NCBI GenBank assembly: GCA_017694295.1
Contig: JADINA010000001.1
Span: forward strand, 1,117 to 65,116
Direction of reading: 5' to 3'
DNA length: 64,000 nucleotides
Source: Candidatus Alloenteromonas pullistercoris
GTDB lineage: Bacteria; Bacillota_I; Bacilli_A; RFN20; CAG-826
Shown here: positions 54,715 to 62,293 of the stretch, piece after piece
How the letters are laid out: each line of letters opens with the position of its first letter
Numbering within the stretch: the stretch's first letter is position 1
The notes under the pieces: generated by a model
What the model saw: the letters and a program-made list of their open reading frames with translations, nothing else
Told to the model about the DNA's origin: nothing
Database searches by the model: none
Program-made: the position numbers and the translations under genes

Positions 54715-55307
54715 AAGAGGATGGTTCGCTGGTCATTTGCCTCCCCGGGAAAGGGGAATCATCCTTGCTTGGATCAAACTTTTTCGCTTTCGCCGGCCCG
54801 CTTAATGACAAGGATGGCCTAGAGCCGATCCTGCTTGGCCTTCAGCAGGCCAACCGGAAGGCCGCCCATATCCCTTACGCCTTCCGCCTTGAGCAGGAGG
54901 AAGGCTTTTCCGAGGACGGGGAGCCCTCCGGCTCCTCTGGGCGAGCGATGCTTGAGCTTCTCCGCTCCAAGGGGCTATTCGGCTATTTGGCGGTCGTCCG
55001 CTACTTTGGCGGAAGGAAGCTAGGGGTCGGCAACCTCCGGCGGATGGTCATCGAGGCCTCGAGCGCGGCCATCGCCGATGCTACAATAAAGCAGGTGGTG
55101 CATCGGGAACGCTATACCGTCTCCCTTGATTACGCCGCCTATTCTAGCTTGCTTTCGCTTTCGGGAAAGCTTGGCTTTGAGGCGGTTACCCTCTCCCAAG
55201 GGGAAAACGCCATTTGCCAGGTGATAGTCGATCCCGTACAGCGCGAGGAACTGCTCGGCCGGGGCTATGCCCTTGAAGGCGGGGAAACCGTCGAAACCCT
55301 TATATAG
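54711..55307 (+). CDS. yigZ: IMPACT/YigZ-family protein (UPF0029 + DUF1949)
   Basis: AAHIPYAF...SEDGEPSGSSGRAMLELL...LAVVRYFGGRKLGVGNLRR. ATGA overlap with the giant ORF stop. Confidence 0.8.
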   Translation: MKEDGSLVICLPGKGESSLLGSNFFAFAGPLNDKDGLEPILLGLQQANRKAAHIPYAFRLEQEEGFSEDGEPSGSSGRAMLELLRSKGLFGYLAVVRYFGGRKLGVGNLRRMVIEASSAAIADATIKQVVHRERYTVSLDYAAYSSLLSLSGKLGFEAVTLSQGENAICQVIVDPVQREELLGRGYALEGGETVETLI

Positions 55308-55320
55308 GAGGAATGTCGAT

Positions 55321-56610
55321 ATGGGAAACTATCAAAGCGGCGACAACACAATCCAAGGCGAGAGGCTATCCCGCCGAGAGGCCGTCTTCGACAAGATGGA
55401 CGACGACTCGTTCGCCCTTTTTTACGCCGGGAGGCGGAAATACAGCTCGGGCGAATCGCTTTTCCCCTTCGCCGTCAACAAGGATTTCTATTACCTAACC
55501 GGCATCGAGCAGGAGGGTTCCTCCCTTTTGCTTTCCAAGCGCGGGGGCGAATGCCGCGAGTTCCTCTTCATCGATCCCTATGAGGAAAGCAAGCGGCGCT
55601 TCTACGGCAAAAAGCTTTCCATCGATGAGGCCAAGCGGCTCACCGGCATCCCCAACGTCCTTCTTTCGACTTACCTTACCTCCAGGCTCGATAGGCTTCT
55701 CCGCCAGGGGCTTGACGGGGAGGAGCCGGTCAAAAAAGGGTATTTCGACTATTCGCCTGAGCTTAAGATCGGCCCCGAGCTCGACGTCAAGACCTTCGTG
55801 AATTCCCTTAAGGTCGTCTACCCCGACCTCCATGACCTCGACGCGCGTCCGTTGGTGATGCCTCTTAGGAAATGCAAAAGCGACTCCGAGGTCGAGGAGA
55901 TCAAAAAGGCGGCCGGCTATGCCAAGGAGGGGCTATTAAGCGCCTATAGCGTCCTCCGCCCCGGGGCTTACCTTTATGACCTTGGGCTATTCTATGAGCA
56001 TGCCGCCAACTCCGCCTCATCCTGCAGCGGGCTATGCCACCTCACCCATATCGCCTCGGGCGAGGAGGCATGCTACCGCGATCCCTTCCCGGGCCAGAAG
56101 CAGGCGAAAGAGGGGGAGATCGTCTTGCTTGACGTCGGGGCGAAGTCGGGCCAATACGGGGCCTCGATATGCCGGAGCGTCCCGGTTTCGGGCCGCTATA
56201 CCCCCCATCAGGCCCTTATTTACAAGATCGTCCTCAATTGCCTAAGGGCGATGGAGAATTTGGCCCGGCCCCTAATAAGCCTAAAGCGCATCAACGAGTT
56301 CGCCCTCGATTACTTGGCCTGCGAATGCCTGCGCGAGGGATTGCTCCCAAGCAAGGAGGCCATCTACTCGATCGCCTATCCCAACATGGTTTGCGAGCTG
56401 GGACTAGATTGCCCGGAGGACTATGGGGAATTGACCTTGGAGGAGGGGGACGTCATCGCCCTCTACCCCGGCCTCTACCTTAGCGGCGAGGCAACGGCAA
56501 TTAAGCTTAAAGACGTCTATCTAGTCACTGAGCGCGGCTGCCGGCGGCTTAGCGACGCCGACATCGAGATCGAGGACATCGAACGGAGGTTTGCCCTTCA
56601 AAGCAAATAA
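55321..56610 (+). CDS. M24-family Xaa-Pro aminopeptidase homologue with degenerate metal-binding site (probable pseudo-peptidase)
   Basis: AGGAGGA RBS before the ATG at 55321. AMP_N motif LFPFAVNKDFYYLTG. In the pita-bread domain, 4 of 5 canonical metal ligands are replaced (see findings). Confidence 0.7.
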   Translation: MGNYQSGDNTIQGERLSRREAVFDKMDDDSFALFYAGRRKYSSGESLFPFAVNKDFYYLTGIEQEGSSLLLSKRGGECREFLFIDPYEESKRRFYGKKLSIDEAKRLTGIPNVLLSTYLTSRLDRLLRQGLDGEEPVKKGYFDYSPELKIGPELDVKTFVNSLKVVYPDLHDLDARPLVMPLRKCKSDSEVEEIKKAAGYAKEGLLSAYSVLRPGAYLYDLGLFYEHAANSASSCSGLCHLTHIASGEEACYRDPFPGQKQAKEGEIVLLDVGAKSGQYGASICRSVPVSGRYTPHQALIYKIVLNCLRAMENLARPLISLKRINEFALDYLACECLREGLLPSKEAIYSIAYPNMVCELGLDCPEDYGELTLEEGDVIALYPGLYLSGEATAIKLKDVYLVTERGCRRLSDADIEIEDIERRFALQSK

Positions 56611-56615
56611 CGGAA

Positions 56616-57719
56616 ATGGATGAAAACGTTTTGCCTGGAGGCAGCGCCCCCCATCCTTTCAAACAGGCGCTAACCAAACTGAGAAACGAGTTCATGGTCA
56701 CGAGCAACGGCATGGCCATCGGGCTTTTCGGCACCTTGATCGTCGGGACCATCATCTCGCTTTTCGCCCAAATCCCGGGCGCTGAGGTGATCGGCGAGTT
56801 TGCCAAGATAGTCCAAGGGCTCATGGGGGCCGGAATCGGTCTGGGGGTTGGGCTTTCGAAGAAGTGGGGCGGGGTGGCGTTAGTCGCCATTTGCGTCGCC
56901 GGGTTCATGGGCAATTACGCCTATTCCTTCTTCGACGGCACCTATTCCTCGCTTAGCGACCCCCTTTCCTGCTACCTTTGCTCCATCCTTTGCCTATTGG
57001 CCTTATTGCCCTTCCAAAAGAGGAAGACCCCGGTTGACTTCGTTCTCATCCCCTTAATCGGGGTGGCGGTCGCGGCCGGATACTCCTTCCTTCTTTCCTA
57101 TTGGGTCCATTACGTGACGATCGGCTTGGGGATGCTCGTCGAGCTTTGCTTCCAAAACATCGTCGTGAGCTTCTTCATGTGCGTGGCGGTGTCGGTGCTC
57201 GTCGGGATGGTCCTAACCGCCCCGATTTCCTCCGTCGCCCTTTGCGTCTCCATCTCCATCGGCGCCGTCCCGCTTGCGAGCTTCGCCGCCTTCATCGGCT
57301 GCTCGACCCAGATGGTCGGCTTCGCCGTGCAGACCGCTTATGACAACAAGTGGGGCGCCGTCATCGGGGTCGGGGTCGGGACGTCGATGCTCCAATTCAA
57401 GAACATAGTCCGGAAACCGGTGATTTGGCTCCCGACGATAATCGCCTCGGCCATATTGGGCCCCTTTGCCTTGCTCTTCCCCATTGCCGAGGGGATGGAC
57501 GCCTCGCTTCTATCGACTGGGGCCGGCATGGGCACCAGCGGCCTCGTCGGCCCGCTTAACCTGCTCGCCGCTTCGTCGTATTCGTGGCAAATGGCCTTGT
57601 GCGTCATCGGTTTTGGGATTTTGGCCCCGGTTTTATTGACTTTCTTGATCGATTTGCTTTTTAGGAAATTGGGCTGGATTTGCAAAGGGGATTTCGCGCT
57701 TAACGAGGATTTGCGCTGA
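56616..57719 (+). CDS. Polytopic membrane protein, PTS EIIC_2-like (PF13303-like)
   Basis: NGMAIGLFGTLIVGTIISLFAQIPG and Gly-rich helices resemble the stand-alone EIIC_2 family. There are no EIIA or EIIB neighbours. Confidence 0.45.
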   Translation: MDENVLPGGSAPHPFKQALTKLRNEFMVTSNGMAIGLFGTLIVGTIISLFAQIPGAEVIGEFAKIVQGLMGAGIGLGVGLSKKWGGVALVAICVAGFMGNYAYSFFDGTYSSLSDPLSCYLCSILCLLALLPFQKRKTPVDFVLIPLIGVAVAAGYSFLLSYWVHYVTIGLGMLVELCFQNIVVSFFMCVAVSVLVGMVLTAPISSVALCVSISIGAVPLASFAAFIGCSTQMVGFAVQTAYDNKWGAVIGVGVGTSMLQFKNIVRKPVIWLPTIIASAILGPFALLFPIAEGMDASLLSTGAGMGTSGLVGPLNLLAASSYSWQMALCVIGFGILAPVLLTFLIDLLFRKLGWICKGDFALNEDLR

Positions 57720-57729
57720 AAAAATCGCC

Positions 57730-57758
57730 TTGACCCTCTTTAGAGGACGCTCCATAAT
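57730..57758 (+). promoter_or_regulatory. Sigma70-type promoter of the 57795 lipoprotein gene
   Basis: TTGACC (57730-57735), 17-nt spacer, CATAAT (57753-57758). The 5'-UTR hairpin GGCACC-GACA-GGTGCC (57762-57777) precedes AAAGGAG. Confidence 0.55.
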
Positions 57759-57794
57759 GAATGGCACCGACAGGTGCCGGAAAAGGAGCGTTTG

Positions 57795-59972
57795 ATGAAA
57801 ACCAAACCGTTTTACCTTGGGCTATTGGCCTTAGGGTTGGCTCTAGTCGCTTGCAATGGCGGCGAGTCGACGTCTTCATCCTCCGATGAGGCGGGTTCGC
57901 CCTCCTCGTCAAGCCCGGTCGACACCGGATCCGATTCATCCTCGTCTTCCTCATCATCTTCGTCCTCGGAATCATCCGAATCCGGGTTCCCTTCGGATTG
58001 GGAGGAGTATGGCCTGAAAACGGTCGCTGAGCTCATTGAGCTTTCCAGCGGCCAAACTGACAAGCCCGATTCCGGAAGCCCGCGTTACTACGTCGCGGCC
58101 TCCGTCAAATCCATCGACGATCCCCAATACGGCGGGATGACCATCGAGGATGAAACCGGGGAGATAATGGTTTACGGTACCTACTCCGCCGACGGGAAAA
58201 CCCGTTATGGGGCTATGGAGGAGAAGCCGGTCGCCGGCGACTATGTCTTGCTTTATGGCAACCTCCAGGAATTCAAAGGCACCCCGGAGATCTACTCGGG
58301 CTGGATCATCGACTTCGTCCATAACGAGATCGAGATCGACCCAGACGAGTATGAACTGATCGACATCTCGGAAGCCCGCGCGCTTGAACCCGGGGAGGTT
58401 TGCCGGGTCAAAGGCACCGTCCTCCGCCACACCTTCAACACCTCGCTAAACGAAATCGGCTTCCTGCTTGCCGATTCCACCGGGATGACCTACGTCTACG
58501 ATTCCCAGCTCGCCCCCCAAGTCGATGACGGGGAGGAAGTGGAGCTGGTGGCGACCCGCGACAACTGGATACTCGATGACGAGCAGTCATATGCCGAAAA
58601 GCTTGGCTACATCGGGGCCATCCAGCTTATCGACGGCATCTTGATATCCCACCAGGAGGCCGAACCCTACGATTACGCCTCCTACGCCAAGAAGACAACG
58701 ATCAAGAAGCTTTTGTCCTCCGATTTCGACGAGCCCATCACCGGCGACCTTTACCAAGTCGCAGCCCTCGTGCAGAAGCGGGAGGGCGGGAACTTCGTCA
58801 ACTATTACATCTTCGACCTTGACGGGGAGACCGGCACCTATTCGTATTCGCAAGCCTCCGGAGCGGATTTCGCCTGGCTAGACGAATACGACGGAAAGCT
58901 CGTGACCCTTTACATGACCGTGCTTAACGCCAAAATGTCCGCTTCCGGCGGCAATTGGCGGCTTAGCCCGGTTTACGTCGACCCGACCCCCTATGTCTAC
59001 GACCCTTCCTACACCCCGGAGCTCGCCGTCGAGTACTATGGCGTCGATCAGTTCTCCTCCCGTTATGGGGCGGACCCCGCCCTTGAGGTGGAAACCAGCA
59101 TTTCCAACGACATCGTCGGCATCGAGGGGGCGACCCTCACCTACGCCTCATCCAACGAGGACGCCGCCTATTTCGAGCAGGTCGAGGGCAAAACGATCTT
59201 CCACGTCAACAAGGACCACCCAGACAACGTCACCATCACCATCACCGGCTCCTACGCCGACTACGAGGATTACCAAGCGACGGTGCAGATCGAGGTCTTT
59301 GACCCCGAAAAGGTCGGCATTACCGTCGCCGAGGCCATAGCAGCGCCCGCGAGCGACCAGGAAACCATCCTCATCCGCGGCACCGTCGGCCCGAGCCTCG
59401 TCAACAAGTCCGGCTTCTATCTAATCGACGAAACCGGGGCCATCGCCATCCAGCTGGCGAGCTCCAAGATGTTCGACGGTACCTTCTTTATCGGTGACAA
59501 CGTCGTCATCGAGGGACATCGCGGATATTGGGGCTCGAATGGCCTCGACAGCCAAATCTGCATCAACGACGCCTCGATCTTCGTCAACCTCTATGGCGGG
59601 GATGGGACCTACCCGACCGATTCGTTTAAGAACGGCAAGACAATCGCCGAGCTTGTCACCCTCCCGGTAAGCGAACTCGAGCACACCGCCGAGGTCTACG
59701 TCATCGATAACGCCTATTTGACCAGCAATGGGGCTTCCATGTACCCGACCTATTACCTGATCGATGAGGGCGAATCCGATTACAAAACCAACGGATTGCA
59801 GTTCTACCAAGGCAGCTCGGACCAATACGCCTGGCTTAACGAATACCTTGGGCAGACATTCAAGGCCGAGATCGCCCTTTGCAACTGGAACTCGAAGTCG
59901 AAGTTTAAGGTTTGCGTCCTCTCCATCACCTTGGAAGACGGCACCCAGATCTATAACGAGCTTAACTTCTAA
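57795..59972 (+). CDS. Surface lipoprotein with a Ser-rich linker and several OB-fold-like modules
   Basis: MKTKPFYLGLLALGLALVACNGG lipobox. Repeated OB-like units (YYVAASVKSIDDPQYGGMTIEDETGEIMVYG; CRVKGTVLRH...GFLLADSTGMTYVY; ILIRGTVGPSLVNKSGFYLIDETGAIAIQL). Confidence 0.65.
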   Translation: MKTKPFYLGLLALGLALVACNGGESTSSSSDEAGSPSSSSPVDTGSDSSSSSSSSSSSESSESGFPSDWEEYGLKTVAELIELSSGQTDKPDSGSPRYYVAASVKSIDDPQYGGMTIEDETGEIMVYGTYSADGKTRYGAMEEKPVAGDYVLLYGNLQEFKGTPEIYSGWIIDFVHNEIEIDPDEYELIDISEARALEPGEVCRVKGTVLRHTFNTSLNEIGFLLADSTGMTYVYDSQLAPQVDDGEEVELVATRDNWILDDEQSYAEKLGYIGAIQLIDGILISHQEAEPYDYASYAKKTTIKKLLSSDFDEPITGDLYQVAALVQKREGGNFVNYYIFDLDGETGTYSYSQASGADFAWLDEYDGKLVTLYMTVLNAKMSASGGNWRLSPVYVDPTPYVYDPSYTPELAVEYYGVDQFSSRYGADPALEVETSISNDIVGIEGATLTYASSNEDAAYFEQVEGKTIFHVNKDHPDNVTITITGSYADYEDYQATVQIEVFDPEKVGITVAEAIAAPASDQETILIRGTVGPSLVNKSGFYLIDETGAIAIQLASSKMFDGTFFIGDNVVIEGHRGYWGSNGLDSQICINDASIFVNLYGGDGTYPTDSFKNGKTIAELVTLPVSELEHTAEVYVIDNAYLTSNGASMYPTYYLIDEGESDYKTNGLQFYQGSSDQYAWLNEYLGQTFKAEIALCNWNSKSKFKVCVLSITLEDGTQIYNELNF

Positions 59973-59987
59973 AGAGAATTTCCCTTG

Positions 59988-60014
59988 GGGGCGGGGCAAC
60001 CCGCCCCTTTTCCT
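59988..60014 (+). terminator. Rho-independent terminator
   Basis: GGGGCGGG-GCAA-CCCGCCCC hairpin followed by TTTTCCTTTT. Confidence 0.7.
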
Positions 60015-60095
60015 TTTGCTTACCTGCCCTTGGCTATATCAAAAATAGATTACCAATGACGATGGAGGGAATATAATGCAACCAAGGAGGCATCT

Positions 60096-60746
60096 ATGGG
60101 CTCAACGGGAAATTCCTATCGAAGCGGCTCTGCTTTTCCGTCGGGCTTTGGTTTTGCGAAAGTGGGGCAAAGAATGAAAAAGGCTTTCCGCAAAGCCGCG
60201 GTTTTCCTTTCCTTCCTCCCCCTTTTAGGCGGCTGCCATTATCCCGAATCCTTTATTCTTAGCGGCTCAACTTGGAGTGTGAGGGTCTACTTTTCGTTTA
60301 TGGGCTCTAGGAAGCCTTTTCGCCTTGAAGACGGCTTAAGGATAGGCGTCGGCATCGGGGTTCGCGATGCGTACTACGCCTTGCCTGAGCCGGGTTTTCG
60401 GCCTTTTGGCTTTTCCCTTTTCCTTGATTGTTCAACATTTGACACCCCCGACACCCCCGATCGCTACTATTTCCTCGATTTCTTTACCCCAAGTGAGTTC
60501 CTTGGCCCAATGATGGGGGTGCCGGATAGGGGCGTTTTCCCTTTTGAGCGCGACTATTTGGTAGATGGGGATTGGATCACCTCCTATTCGGACTATGAAT
60601 CCGGCTACTTTTTGCTTTCCCCGAAAATGTGGGCGGTTGGTAAAGGCAAGGACGGGAACATTCTCACCTCAAGAGTAAGAACGCAATATCCGATTGCCCA
60701 CTTTGTTAGATCCAAAAACGGGCTATTCCATTACGAAGGCCCGTAA
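60096..60746 (+). CDS. Hypothetical lipoprotein
   Basis: TATAAT (60072-60077) and AAGGAGG support the ATG at 60096. The lipobox signal peptide MKKAFRKAAVFLSFLPLLGGC begins at the internal Met (60174), so the start is ambiguous. Confidence 0.55.
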   Translation: MGSTGNSYRSGSAFPSGFGFAKVGQRMKKAFRKAAVFLSFLPLLGGCHYPESFILSGSTWSVRVYFSFMGSRKPFRLEDGLRIGVGIGVRDAYYALPEPGFRPFGFSLFLDCSTFDTPDTPDRYYFLDFFTPSEFLGPMMGVPDRGVFPFERDYLVDGDWITSYSDYESGYFLLSPKMWAVGKGKDGNILTSRVRTQYPIAHFVRSKNGLFHYEGP

Positions 60747-60805
60747 ATCGGCTTTACGCCAAACCTCGCCTTTTTCCTCTCCGGTTTTCGGTTTATCATT
60801 TGCCT

Positions 60806-62287
60806 ATGAGAGATTACGTGATAGCCATCGATCAGGGGACGACCTCGACTCGGGCCCTTCTTTTGGAGTTGCAAGGGCGGGTTTTGGGCCGGTCCACCCG
60901 CGAGGTCGAATGCCTTTTCCCCCATCCGGGTTGGGTCGAATGTGACGCCGAGCGCATCTGGGTCTCGGTCATCGACTGCATAAACGAGCTGCTCGTGGTC
61001 AACATGATCTCGATGGACCAGGTGGCTGGCATCGGCATCACCAATCAGCGGGAGACGACCGTCGTCTTCGAGAAGGGAAGCGGCAAACCCGTCTACCATG
61101 CCATCGTCTGGCAATCAAAGCAAACCCAGTCCTTATGCGACGAAAGGGAGGGGGAATCCGCCTGGATACAAAAGAAGACGGGGCTAAGGATGAATCCGTA
61201 TTTCTCGGCCTCGAAGATCCGCTTCATCCTCGACGCCATACCCAATGGCCAGAAGCGGGCCGAGGCGGGGGAGCTTTTGTTCGGGACCATCGACACCTAT
61301 CTCATCTACATGATGACGAAGGGCAAAAGCCACCTCACCGACGCCTCCAACGCCTCTAGGACCCTCCTTTTTGACATCTTCGAGGGCCGCTTCGACGAAA
61401 GCCTATGCCGGGTTTGGGATATCCCGATGGGGATGCTGCCCGAGGTGAGGGACAACGCCGACGACTACGGCGAGGCCTCCTTCTTCCAAGGGGGCGTCCA
61501 TATCCTCGGGGTTGCCGGCGACCAGCAGGCCGCGCTTTTTGGGCAATGCTGCTACGAGGTCGGCAGCTCAAAGAACACTTACGGCACCGGCTGCTTCATG
61601 CTGATGAACATCGGCGATAAGCCGTTTATATCGGAAAAAGGATTGCTCACGACCGTCGCCTGGCGGCTTGGCGGCCATTACACCTACGCCCTTGAGGGCT
61701 CGGTATTCATCGGCGGGGCCATCGTGCAATGGATCCGCGACCAGACGAAGTGGATATCCTCCTCCGAGGAATCGGAGGAATACGCCAATAGGGTAAACGA
61801 CACCGCCGGAGTCTATTTCGTCCCGGCCTTCGTCGGGCTTGGGACCCCATGGTGGGACGATGGGGCGAGGGGAGCCATCTTCGGCCTCACCCGCGGCGCC
61901 GACCGCCACCACATAACCAGGGCCGCCCTCTTCTCCATCGCCTATCAGTCCCGCGACGTCATCCAGGCCATGAAGGAGGAGGCCCACCTCGATTTGCCCG
62001 TGCTTAAGGTTGATGGGGGCGCCTCCGCCAACGCTTTGCTCATGCAGTTCCAATCCGATTTGCTCCAAACCGAGGTCGCCCTCCCCGAATGTTTGGAGAC
62101 GACCGCCATCGGGGCCGGGTATTTGGCCTTGCTCAAGCTTGGGGCCTTCTCCGGGCTTAAGGACATCGAGAAGGGCAAATCCTATTCGAAGGTGTACCGC
62201 CCGAAGATGGATAGGCAAGAGGCCGATAGGCTTTATAGAGGCTGGCTGAAGGCCGTTAGGGCCACCATGGCCTATAAGGCGGAGTGA
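60806..62287 (+). CDS. glpK: Glycerol kinase
   Basis: MRDYVIAIDQGTTSTRA, GDQQAALFGQ and full-length FGGY-kinase similarity. I prefer the ATG at 60806 over the TTG at 60800. Confidence 0.92.
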   Translation: MRDYVIAIDQGTTSTRALLLELQGRVLGRSTREVECLFPHPGWVECDAERIWVSVIDCINELLVVNMISMDQVAGIGITNQRETTVVFEKGSGKPVYHAIVWQSKQTQSLCDEREGESAWIQKKTGLRMNPYFSASKIRFILDAIPNGQKRAEAGELLFGTIDTYLIYMMTKGKSHLTDASNASRTLLFDIFEGRFDESLCRVWDIPMGMLPEVRDNADDYGEASFFQGGVHILGVAGDQQAALFGQCCYEVGSSKNTYGTGCFMLMNIGDKPFISEKGLLTTVAWRLGGHYTYALEGSVFIGGAIVQWIRDQTKWISSSEESEEYANRVNDTAGVYFVPAFVGLGTPWWDDGARGAIFGLTRGADRHHITRAALFSIAYQSRDVIQAMKEEAHLDLPVLKVDGGASANALLMQFQSDLLQTEVALPECLETTAIGAGYLALLKLGAFSGLKDIEKGKSYSKVYRPKMDRQEADRLYRGWLKAVRATMAYKAE

Positions 62288-62293
62288 GACGAT

